Of a DNA stretch of 62,795 nucleotides, positions 27,444 to 36,800 are shown in pieces. Each line of letters opens with the position of its first letter. Position 1 is the stretch's first letter. The translations under genes were made by a program, and so were the position numbers. This DNA is from a virus (Duplodnaviria; Caudoviricetes). The stretch lies in IMG/VR virus record IMGVR_UViG_3300027754_000091, positions 1 to 62,795 of that record; one strand, written 5' to 3'. The notes beneath the pieces are model-generated. The model had not been told where the DNA came from. It did no database searches and saw nothing but the letters and a program-made list of their open reading frames with translations.

Positions 27444-28322
27444 ATGAATGTTCTATGCGACATGGAATATCCATTAGATGAAAAAGAAATGTTTGGATGG
27501 GGCAAAGCGTTTTCCTCAATAGATTATGATTTCTTTTTTTTAAACAGGAAAGAAAAAGCAATAATTGATGCTTTTGAAGAAAAAAAACCCTCTATATTTA
27601 TAACTCATGCAGCATTATTAAATAGGGCATCATGCAAAGCCATTATTAAAAACGAATATTGTAAAGCATTTGTTTTTATTGATTCAGAAGAAGATAAAGA
27701 AAAACTAAAAGATAAACCAAATGTTTTTTACATTTCAAAAAATAAAAATTTAAATTGTATGTTCGTAGAAGAATCTTGTGATCTTTACTTATGTTTAAAA
27801 CCAAAAACAAATATTCATATGATATCTGACATATGTTACATAGGTGATTATGTAAAAGAACACATTCTTTCAAAGTGCTTTCCTATGTTTAGAGTTAAGT
27901 GTTGGGGAAATACAAAGTGGCCTTTCACAACATATTTAGGCAAAATTAAGCCAGACAAAATAAAAGATGCAATATGTTCTTCAACAACATCTTTGTATTT
28001 AGATGATTTAAACAATAGAAGCTGGCCACTCTATACATACATGTGCAATAGGCCGATACTATCCTATAATAGCACATGGTTAAAAAATATTTTAAAAGAC
28101 AAATCTTTATGTTTTTCAGATGAAGAATGTTTTTTTGAAAATCTTTTAAACATAATTAGAAATCCAGAAATTGCATACGAAAACATAAAAATCAATTCGC
28201 AAATTATAAAAAATAATCATTTGTCACATCATAGAGTTTCAGCTATACTAGACACTATAGGACTTAAGGAGGATTCAATAAGATGTACGAATGTTGCGAT
28301 GGATCTAACAAAGAAGTATTAA
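27444..28322 (+). CDS. Divergent GT-B-like protein (CgeB/DUF3880-like)
   Basis: DICYIG, VKCWG, C-terminal HLSHHRV resembling HTyxhR; context. Confidence 0.4.
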   Translation: MNVLCDMEYPLDEKEMFGWGKAFSSIDYDFFFLNRKEKAIIDAFEEKKPSIFITHAALLNRASCKAIIKNEYCKAFVFIDSEEDKEKLKDKPNVFYISKNKNLNCMFVEESCDLYLCLKPKTNIHMISDICYIGDYVKEHILSKCFPMFRVKCWGNTKWPFTTYLGKIKPDKIKDAICSSTTSLYLDDLNNRSWPLYTYMCNRPILSYNSTWLKNILKDKSLCFSDEECFFENLLNIIRNPEIAYENIKINSQIIKNNHLSHHRVSAILDTIGLKEDSIRCTNVAMDLTKKY

Positions 28323-28972
28323 GTATTCTATTAGGGTATGGCCAATCTCCAGAGGTTATTAAAAAGTCCTTATGGTGGATATCCGAAGAACTAAATAACA
28401 ACGAATACAATGTGATAGCCATAGACGATGGTAAATGTGGTGACATATCAAAAGAAATGTACAATTATGTTGCAAGGATATGCCCAAAAATAATAAAGAT
28501 AAATAATGCTGCACTTTTAGAACACTATAAAATAGACTCTATAAGAAAAAGCAAAAAACTTGCTTACGCAATTTGTGAAAAATTTTCTTCTAATAAAAGA
28601 GTTTATGTAAGCCCAAGATCAATATGTTATGGCAAATCTTTTAAATCATTTTGTGATGAAGTACAAAACGATAAAGTTATGCAGATGAGATCGTACTTAG
28701 TGCCGTTATATGTTCAAGAGGCAATAAGTGAATACTCTTCAAATTTTTGTAATTTTTTAGTCAATGAATGCAAAAAACACCCAATATATACTGAAAACTA
28801 TCCTGAGAAAAGCATAGATTATATAACTCAATCAACAGTTGATTTATTAGAGGGTAAAGATACTATATTCTCAGAACACGAATGTTTTTATTTAGAGCCA
28901 AAAGAGCCTGACCCAAAAGAACATCTTGAAACAATAGATTTAGAATTAATAGATAAAATCTTGGAAAATTAA
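28283..28972 (+). CDS. Hypothetical protein, possible degenerate GT-A fold
   Basis: YNVIAIDDG motif; context. Confidence 0.4.
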   Translation: MYECCDGSNKEVLSILLGYGQSPEVIKKSLWWISEELNNNEYNVIAIDDGKCGDISKEMYNYVARICPKIIKINNAALLEHYKIDSIRKSKKLAYAICEKFSSNKRVYVSPRSICYGKSFKSFCDEVQNDKVMQMRSYLVPLYVQEAISEYSSNFCNFLVNECKKHPIYTENYPEKSIDYITQSTVDLLEGKDTIFSEHECFYLEPKEPDPKEHLETIDLELIDKILEN

Positions 28973-29706
28973 TGATAATATACAAAGTACCAAAACCAAT
29001 CTCTATAATTGGAGAGTGTTCAACAAAGTGCATGATTTTTTCATCGTGCAACTTTAGTTATTTGAGCAAATTTGGTAATGTTAAATCTTTCTTTATAGAC
29101 AAAAAAACAAAAGACTTTTACAAAAGATGTTTTAAAAATTATAGCACAGTAAAATCAAAGTTGTTAAATTTAGTAGAACTTGATGATTTCCCCTCTTGCT
29201 ACACATCTATATTTGGAAAATTTAACTATATAAATAAAACTTCAACAGCATGGAATAATATTCAAGTAGATAACTCTAGCAATTTTTTTGACAATCTTTT
29301 AATTTTTCACATAAGAAGAAAATATTTTAAATACAGTATGATAAAACCAATAGAAAATTTTAATATTGGAATTATTCACAAAATGGTAGACGATGCTTAT
29401 AATGCATATATAGATAACGACTTTAAATTTATGGGAAAGCTAATAGATTCTTATTGGAGAATGAAAACTCAGCTAGATCCAAATTCTGCAAATGAATTTG
29501 TTTATAAGATTTACTCTGATTGTAGACTGTCTGGTGCTTGGGGTGGAAAGATGGATGAGAATACAATGATTATTTTAGCACCAAAAGAAAAACATGAAGA
29601 CATATGTGCGATAATGAAGGACCATATAAGACTGAACTCTTCTGTTAACACAACAGGAATAGTAAGAGAGGAACTGTTTAGTGGAAATAGCAATTGCTGT
29701 AAATAA
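28972..29706 (+). CDS. GHMP sugar kinase-like (HddA-like) protein lacking catalytic Gly loops
   Basis: N-terminal KVPKPISIIGE and C-terminal GKLIDSYWRMK...GAWGGK; no PxGxGLGSS and no GAGGGG. Confidence 0.55.
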   Translation: MIIYKVPKPISIIGECSTKCMIFSSCNFSYLSKFGNVKSFFIDKKTKDFYKRCFKNYSTVKSKLLNLVELDDFPSCYTSIFGKFNYINKTSTAWNNIQVDNSSNFFDNLLIFHIRRKYFKYSMIKPIENFNIGIIHKMVDDAYNAYIDNDFKFMGKLIDSYWRMKTQLDPNSANEFVYKIYSDCRLSGAWGGKMDENTMIILAPKEKHEDICAIMKDHIRLNSSVNTTGIVREELFSGNSNCCK

Positions 29707-30133
29707 GATTAAAAGAGATCAGCTTCTTTTTGATATAAGAAATCAATGTTCAAAACACAACATTGTCGTATATTCAAATAAGGAAATGTTTCTCAATAAA
29801 AGTTTTGGTTTTAGTGTTCTTACATATTACGATATGTGGTATTCAAATGCTGATTATCATGTAGCCACATGCCTATACTCTGCTAAAAACATGTTGTTAA
29901 ATCCAAAAATTAAAACCGTATATTTTTATGTGTGGGATTTAGAGTGGGTTTATGGTGTGCATGAGTACGAAGATATTAAAAATATTTATACAAATAATAG
30001 AATAGAGCTTATTGCAAGAAGTGAAGATCATAGTAAATCGATATATGATTCATGGAACATTAAAGCTAGAATAGCTTATAACTTTGACTTGGACAACATA
30101 GTAGGGAAAAAGCATGAAAAAGTTAACATATGA
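29681..30133 (+). CDS. Hypothetical protein resembling a GT-B N-terminal fragment
   Basis: VATCLYSA, YFYVWDLEW, LIARSEDH. Confidence 0.45.
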   Translation: MEIAIAVNKIKRDQLLFDIRNQCSKHNIVVYSNKEMFLNKSFGFSVLTYYDMWYSNADYHVATCLYSAKNMLLNPKIKTVYFYVWDLEWVYGVHEYEDIKNIYTNNRIELIARSEDHSKSIYDSWNIKARIAYNFDLDNIVGKKHEKVNI

Positions 30134-30878
30134 ATTTCTGCATAAACAATATGTTGAATTACAAAAATCAACTTATGAAATAGCTGAAGTTTCAGAGACT
30201 TACCCTAATAAAGTAAGAAGGGCACTAGTTTCATTCGGCATACCGTTAAGAGATAAATCAGAAGCTCAAGCAAAGGCTTTAGCCACAGGTAGATGCTTTC
30301 ATCCAACCAAAGGCAAAAAGCTAACAGAAGAAACTAAAATAAAGATAAGTGACTCTATGGCCAATTCTTGGGAATTGATGGATAAGACTGAAAGAGAAAG
30401 AAGATCAATTGTTTCTAAGAAAAATTGGGAAGCTATGCCTTTAAGCAAAATTGAAGAAATGCAAAAAAAAGCAGCGGAATCAGTTAGAGAAGCTGCTGAA
30501 AATGGTTCTAAGCTTGAAAAGTTTTTAATTAACGGAATAAGAAAAAGTAAAATTAAAGCAGATTTCCATAAAGAATTCTATGTGATAGGCGAAAGACAAC
30601 ATATAGACATTTATATTCCCGAATACAAAGTGGGGATAGAAGTTGATGGCCCAACACACTTTAAGGCTATTTGGGGAACGGAAAAATATGAAAAGCAATT
30701 GAAAAGTGACACTAAAAAAACTGGATTGCTATTGAATTCTGGAATGAAGTTGATAAGAATAAAAAACATAAGCGGTAACAGTTCTGGATTTTATATGAGA
30801 ACTATCTTGAAAAAACTTCTTGATACGCTAGAATTAATAAAAGAAGGATCACTAGAAGGATTGTACGAACTGGAGTAA
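30114..30878 (+). CDS. NUMOD3 plus Vsr/DUF559-like endonuclease (free-standing homing endonuclease-like)
   Basis: HTH-like STYEIAE...VRRAL; NUMOD3 KGKKLTEETKIKIS; IDIYIPEYKVGIEVDGPTH. Confidence 0.75.
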   Translation: MKKLTYEFLHKQYVELQKSTYEIAEVSETYPNKVRRALVSFGIPLRDKSEAQAKALATGRCFHPTKGKKLTEETKIKISDSMANSWELMDKTERERRSIVSKKNWEAMPLSKIEEMQKKAAESVREAAENGSKLEKFLINGIRKSKIKADFHKEFYVIGERQHIDIYIPEYKVGIEVDGPTHFKAIWGTEKYEKQLKSDTKKTGLLLNSGMKLIRIKNISGNSSGFYMRTILKKLLDTLELIKEGSLEGLYELE

Positions 30879-30880
30879 AA

Positions 30881-31573
30881 ATGGTTAAGAAAGCAGCAGA
30901 AGAATTGCAAGTTGTAGAAGAAAAAATTAACAGCAACAGCCCCGAATGGAACGAACATGTTCTTTCGCATTTTCAGCAAGATGAGCTAGTTGATGGAAAT
31001 CCAACTGTGGATGGATTAAGGCGTGTTGCTGAACTTTTAATTGGTCCAATCACCTCTGGAAAAGCAAATGTTGTTCAATCACCCAATCCAGATAATGATG
31101 GGCGATGTGTAGTATCATACACTGTAATAGTTAAATCCTTAAATGGCTCTGACTTAATATTTGAGCAAACAAGCATAGCAGATTGTTTTGCTGGAAATTG
31201 TGATCCAAGGTTTGCAGTCTTTGCATCAGCAGTTGCAGAAACTAGGGCAGAAGGAAGAGCATTAAGAAAATTGCTTAGACTACGAAAAATAATTGCAGCA
31301 GAAGAAGCTGGCCTTGTTCCAGCCGAAGAAAACGGGTCTAACGGAAAAATAACGGCTACTCAAATGAGTTTTATCGAAACTCTGTGTAACAGGAATGATA
31401 TAAATGTTCCTGTTTATTTGGGTGACTCAAAAAGCTTCAGCTTTAGTGGTAGGTTGGAGGAAGTTCCTTATAGGTCAGCAGTGGCTATTATAGCCCATCT
31501 ATCTGAGCTTCAGCGTAATAATGCATCGATTAACCCTAAGTATAAGGGTTATAACCCCAATTGGAGGAAGTAA
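30881..31573 (+). CDS. Rad52/Sak-like single-strand annealing protein (putative)
   Basis: PTVDGLRRVA, AVAETRAEGRALRK, C-terminal ITATQMSFI helix. Confidence 0.5.
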   Translation: MVKKAAEELQVVEEKINSNSPEWNEHVLSHFQQDELVDGNPTVDGLRRVAELLIGPITSGKANVVQSPNPDNDGRCVVSYTVIVKSLNGSDLIFEQTSIADCFAGNCDPRFAVFASAVAETRAEGRALRKLLRLRKIIAAEEAGLVPAEENGSNGKITATQMSFIETLCNRNDINVPVYLGDSKSFSFSGRLEEVPYRSAVAIIAHLSELQRNNASINPKYKGYNPNWRK

Positions 31574-31947
31574 TGAAAGCTATTGTACCTTTTAGTATTT
31601 GCACTGTAGAAATTGAATGCGAGTCTGTAAAAGATCTTTTTAGAGAAATCGCAACTCTTGCTGAAGTACTCAACGAGCAAAAGTGTGGTGTCTGTGGTGA
31701 AGAAGATGTTGTACCTAAGACAAGAAATGTAGAAAAAAATAAAAAGGTCTACGAATACTTTGAAATGAGTTGTTCTAATCCAAAATGTAGGGCAAGGTTA
31801 AACTTTGGTCAAAAGCAAGATGGTTCTGGAATTTTCCCAGTTCGCAAGCTTGATGCCAATGGCAAACCAGACCGTGAAAATGGCTCATACGGCTCACATA
31901 ATGGTTGGTCTAAGTACAAGGGCGGTAATGTAGATGAAGTGCCTTAA
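31573..31947 (+). CDS. Zinc-binding hypothetical protein
   Basis: CGVC...CSNPKC; ATG 31573 overlaps the upstream TAA. Confidence 0.6.
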   Translation: MKAIVPFSICTVEIECESVKDLFREIATLAEVLNEQKCGVCGEEDVVPKTRNVEKNKKVYEYFEMSCSNPKCRARLNFGQKQDGSGIFPVRKLDANGKPDRENGSYGSHNGWSKYKGGNVDEVP

Positions 31948-32101
31948 TATCGAATCTATGACAATAGATGATATAAAAGAAGAACTCCTTTGGCTGAAGG
32001 GCTTTGATGCCGATTGGTCAAAGGAGCTTTGTATTTTACTTAAAAAAGAACTATCTGTTAGAGATATTCAAGCTCAATCCAAAGAGCGTACTGAGTCTTA
32101 G
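31934..32101 (+). CDS. Possible 55-aa protein (MKCLNIESMTIDDIKEELLWLKG...), last gene of the plus arm
   Basis: Open frame from ATG 31934 to TAG 32101 spans the whole gap between the arms; amphipathic helical sequence; below the ORF-track cutoff. Confidence 0.35.
   Translation: MKCLNIESMTIDDIKEELLWLKGFDADWSKELCILLKKELSVRDIQAQSKERTES
31985..32026. terminator. Hairpin at the convergence of the two arms, possible bidirectional terminator
   Basis: CTCCTTTGGCT / GGTCAAAGGAG stem with inner GGC/GCC; T-rich 3' flank, A-rich 5' flank. Confidence 0.45.
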
Positions 32102-32669
32102 ATCCAATCGTATCTGGACTAGCGGAAAGTGCTAAATACCAATCGTGTCTGCTATCAATAGTATTAGAACCACTTGGGCTTAATCCTGACATACCAGGAG
32201 AATCCGCAAGGGTCATATAGCCAGTTCCTGCTGGTGTTGACCAAGTATTGCTTCCAGATCCAATCAAACTTTCATTTGATGCTGGATGAATAAGTTCTGC
32301 AACTTTGGTAGTAACACCGCTTGCTTCATTAGATATGCTTGTCCTGTCATAAATTCTAAGCTTTGTATTCTGAGTTTTAACCCCAGTAGAATGGGTAAAT
32401 CTAACATTTAAAGTGGCAAGACCATTTGCTATTGTTCGTAAGTGCCTTGCAGCACTACCGTTAGGATAACCAGATGCAGTATTGTAATACTTTACATTTT
32501 TGGCTTTACCGCCATTTGTTGCACCTTGACTATCAGTTATATAGGTATCATCTTGATATTGCCCAACAGCAACAGATGATCCAAAACCGCTAGACCCATA
32601 AAAACCTATACCGCTAGATATAATGTTTTCAAAGGAAGCATCGCCCGCAAAAAAACTAATTGTAGCCAT
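32058..32669 (-). CDS. Virion structural protein (beta-rich, Gly/Ser-rich)
   Basis: 203 aa, strong AGGAG RBS, end of tail module. Confidence 0.55.
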   Translation of the reverse strand: MATISFFAGDASFENIISSGIGFYGSSGFGSSVAVGQYQDDTYITDSQGATNGGKAKNVKYYNTASGYPNGSAARHLRTIANGLATLNVRFTHSTGVKTQNTKLRIYDRTSISNEASGVTTKVAELIHPASNESLIGSGSNTWSTPAGTGYMTLADSPGMSGLSPSGSNTIDSRHDWYLALSASPDTIGSKTQYALWIELEYL

Positions 32670-32690
32670 ATTTTTTCTCCTATGTACATA

Positions 32691-32702
32691 ATATTATACA
32701 CC
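32691..32702 (-). promoter_or_regulatory. GGTGTATAATAT motif, putative promoter
   Basis: Ends 21 nt upstream of the start codon; contains a perfect TATAAT; shares GGTGTAT with 62095-62101 (-) and 1528-1534 (+). Confidence 0.4.
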
Positions 32703-33893
32703 AGTCACAGTCACAGTTCCAGCTTTGTATATTTCATTTGGGGAACTTCTTGACATTTGTGTCGCACAGTCATACTCTGAGAAGTATGTAGTTGGGGCAT
32801 TATTCCAATAACCATTAAAGACTGCTGTTTTTTCATCTATTAAATGCCTATTGTGTGGATCATCGTAATAAGTACAAAATGGACTAATTTGATGTAGTGG
32901 TCCACAAAATATTGTACCATCAGGATTTCTTCTGTATCCCCCCAAGATGTTTCCACAACAGTTCAGATTATCAGGATCATTAGCACACCAAGATGGGGGG
33001 GCATCGCCACACATGTTCCCATATAATCCAGTAAAACCCATTGTAAACGGATATAAATAGCCACATTGTGGATTAATCATCACAAGTATCTTTGTAGCTT
33101 TATTATTTACTGTTTCGGAAACATATCGATTATCACAATTTTTATAAATAAAACTTACAGTTCCATCATATGATCCGTATGATATACAATTTATTAGAGG
33201 TATAGGAAATTGTATTATTGATCTAGTGACCCAATCTGCCTGTCCAGACACAACATATGTTCCAGGCGTTATACTGCATGGGTCCACACAAAAAAATCTT
33301 AGTTCTACACTATCTGGTCCACTAAATCGTTCACCAGGTATTGAAACAATTGTTTCTGGTCCAGCAGGAATATCCCATTTAACAAAATGGAGCAATTCTA
33401 ACTCAGACCAAGGCCCATCTTCCCAAACATTCATAGTTGAATTGTAACTCCACTTTTTAAATTTAACCCATAGCTGACATTCCCTTTTGACAAGATCTTG
33501 TTTTTCTTCAAGGGCAAAAACTGTTAAATTGGGAATAGGTGCATTAGTTCTGCCCATGTAAGTTGCTGAATTATTGCCGTCATAATCTTCAACTACATAG
33601 CCTCCAAAGAAAGAACTAATATATGCTGGCATACCTCTTCTGCTATAGTTACTAATATCACCATAAAAATCTAATGGGTTAGATGGATTAGTCAGCACTG
33701 CATCTGCGTTACTTGCAACATATCTGTTTAGATCTTCACGCCAAGTTGCCTCAAAAATTGGCTCTGGATATCTTCTATGTATCCAAGGAAGCGTTTTATA
33801 GGTAAAATTATATGTAAAGCTATAAACTACAGCATTTTCAGCATTAGAAAGTTTGCATTTACAACCACCTGGTGTGCAACAATTACATGCCAT
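32694..33893 (-). CDS. Cys-rich tail-associated protein
   Basis: Begins MACNCCTPGGCKC; many Cys; follows the large tail-tip gene. Confidence 0.5.
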   Translation of the reverse strand: MACNCCTPGGCKCKLSNAENAVVYSFTYNFTYKTLPWIHRRYPEPIFEATWREDLNRYVASNADAVLTNPSNPLDFYGDISNYSRRGMPAYISSFFGGYVVEDYDGNNSATYMGRTNAPIPNLTVFALEEKQDLVKRECQLWVKFKKWSYNSTMNVWEDGPWSELELLHFVKWDIPAGPETIVSIPGERFSGPDSVELRFFCVDPCSITPGTYVVSGQADWVTRSIIQFPIPLINCISYGSYDGTVSFIYKNCDNRYVSETVNNKATKILVMINPQCGYLYPFTMGFTGLYGNMCGDAPPSWCANDPDNLNCCGNILGGYRRNPDGTIFCGPLHQISPFCTYYDDPHNRHLIDEKTAVFNGYWNNAPTTYFSEYDCATQMSRSSPNEIYKAGTVTVTGV

Positions 33894-33894
33894 G

Positions 33895-36800
33895 TTAAAA
33901 CACCTTTATGTCATTTTTTTCAAGAGTGGCAACCAATTGAACAAACTTTTTAGTTAAAGCTTTAAGCTCTGCTCTTAGCAGTTTAACTTCTAGGTTTGGA
34001 AGGCCACCAAAAACTGCTTGAACAGGAGCACAACCCTTAACATCAACCGTTTTTATCCATATGTCGCCACCACCAGATGCATAGCCATTGCCAGGACTAT
34101 TTGGCTGACACTTAACATCTTCAACAACTGTTACACATGGGGCAACGGTAGTAGTGGTAGTGGTAGTTGTAGAAGTAGTTGTAGAAGTAGTAGTTGTTGT
34201 TGTTGTACATATCGGAACACATTGAGAATTTTTCAAATCTGCTTCTAGTATACAATCGTCATAATTTGTATACTCCCCTGATTCACCAATTTCACAACTT
34301 CTACATGTAAAACAAGTACTTTGATCACAAGCACCAGTAATCTTATAGCAACCTTGGCAATTTACTGAAGAAGCATCTGCTAATACTCTTGCAGCTTCAC
34401 AACCATTTTCACAAACCCCACCAACAAGTGTTCCAGGATATATTCCAGTGTTACCCTGTTCTGATTGTGAGCAATAATGACAATAAGTGTCTGGATTTTG
34501 ATGTAAGTAATATGTTGGGCAAGGAGTGGTTGTGGTGGTGGTGGTTGTTACACATGGGTATCCTAAACCATCATTGTAAACTTTCGCTGCTGCTTCACAA
34601 TCTGCCAGTTTATTTGGTCCAGTAAATTCTCCAGTAGCAGAATAGTAACATGCCCAACATGGATTATCAAAATTTAAATGTACAGCACAATTGGCATTAA
34701 GTCCTGGTAAATACGATTCGCATTCAGCTTTTGGGTATGGTCCTTGTAAAAAGAATTGGCTTTCACAATACTGAGTACAATTAAAGCATTGTGTTCCTAA
34801 ACCTGTTTCGACAACACAATATCCTGGTGCGGGGGTGGTAGTAGTGGTAGTAGTGGTAGTAGTGGTAGTAGTACTAGTATCAGGATCTTCATGCCCATCA
34901 CATTCATCTCCTGGCTCTGGATAAATAATCTCTTTTGCAAGACCATGCCAAAACCACAGCGTATTTATGATTGGAACTATTGCTCCATCTGGACATAGAG
35001 TCAACCCAATTACATATGGCACACCAGCATTCATACCATGTGTTCGCACAATGTCTACAACTTTATGCTCTGGACAAAGCGTTGTTTCTCCATTGTCCTT
35101 TAATCTTGCAACTGTATAAATGTCTGTTGTTTGTTCTGTTATGTCAAAATCCGCATAGTATTTAAATGAACTTTTCTCATTGCCAGTTGTAATATTATAA
35201 TCGCAAATTGGTGGAGGGGGTGCTGGATTAGGACCAATAGTATTACATATTGAAGCATATATTTGTGCTTGTAATTTTAAATCATTGTATCTAGGGATAG
35301 CACCTTCGCCCTTTATGTACCACCTATTGTCATAAACAGAATAGTGTGCAAGAGTTTGAGTTGCTGGATATTGTGGTTTGCTTGAAAGATTGTACACTTC
35401 AACTAACTGATTGCTTAGTAGGTCATTAGCATACATTCGCACAAATGCTTTTGAAAGCCTTTCAGATTCATTGCATGTAAAATTGCTTCCATAAACAGTT
35501 GCCGATGGTTGCACTCTAACAACATCATGAGAAGTCCACACGCCTCTTGCTGAATCCCATATGAGATCAACTGGGCCAGTCATTTTATTTTCTGCTGCTT
35601 CCCAAGGAGCATTTGCCTTAACAAAAGGATCTCTAGCAAACTGATTTGTTAAACCATAATCGATGCTTGGTATAACATCACCTGTCCAAAGATCAATACC
35701 CCATCCAGAAACCATCAATGGTCCACGAAGAGCAATAGCGTTAACATCTATGGGTTGAGAACCAGCACCTACAGATCCTGCGATTAAGTCATATTCTGTT
35801 GGTCTATTGTGATTATCCCAATAATCTCGTTTATAATCCATCAATGTATCAAAATGACAAAATCTTTTAAAAGGATTATATGTTATACATGTTGGAACTT
35901 TACCCTGTCTCACATCAACTAATTTATCACCTCTTTCATATTGTGGATCTCTATAATTTGTAAACTTTTGACTCACTAAAGTATTTGGTGTTACTGGCCA
36001 CAAATGTGGCAAGTATCCAGATGATGGCCTCCATGTATCAGGGGCAGAACCAATATTATTTCTAAAAGGAACATAAAGCGTATCCATCGATGCTGCTGCT
36101 TTAGAATTTATTTGCATCCAATCAATTAACTTATCACCAACATCTTTCACTGCTTCAGTTTGTTTATATGATGCACCAAGAGTTTTTGTTCTTGTGTACA
36201 TACCAAGACCAAAATATGCACCGGGACCAGCATCAGCAAGACCTATACCCATAACTATTAAAGCATGTGGACTCATTCTGTCGTGTCTTCGACCTAAAAA
36301 GTCTAAGAAGAAAGACCTTATCTTACTGCCCATTTCTGCACGATTTGAAGACTGTTGTCGTGCAATTGTATCCATATAGGCTTTTAAAATATTTCTTCTG
36401 TCTTCATTTTGTTTTAAGACTTGTTGTTTTATTCTATTTATTACAACCTCTGATGTTACGCCAAACCTTGGTGTAAATGTCCTAAAAGAATATTGACTTG
36501 TTACTCCATTAGGCCCATAACTTGCACTAATAGATGTTACAATAGCACCATTTGCAACTAGCTCATCTCCAAGTTGATGTTCTGGAGCATTAACCATTGT
36601 CAAGCTTCCAGTTTCAAACTTATCAATTGGCTGTATGTCTTTTAGCTTTGCTGAAAAAACTTGCCCTAAGTTTGCACCCGAACCAAATTCCCAAGGCGTA
36701 AGGCTTGAGTCGTTTTCAACTTTAGTAAGACCACCTTTCCCACTATTCATATACCAAGGACCATAAGCATCATTGGTTGTAGCAACAAAACCTATAGCCA

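Noticed and set aside
34140-34880. Diversity-generating retroelement target or CRISPR-like repeat
   Set aside because: The repeats are simple Thr-codon microsatellites; no reverse transcriptase or template/variable repeat pair was seen in the window
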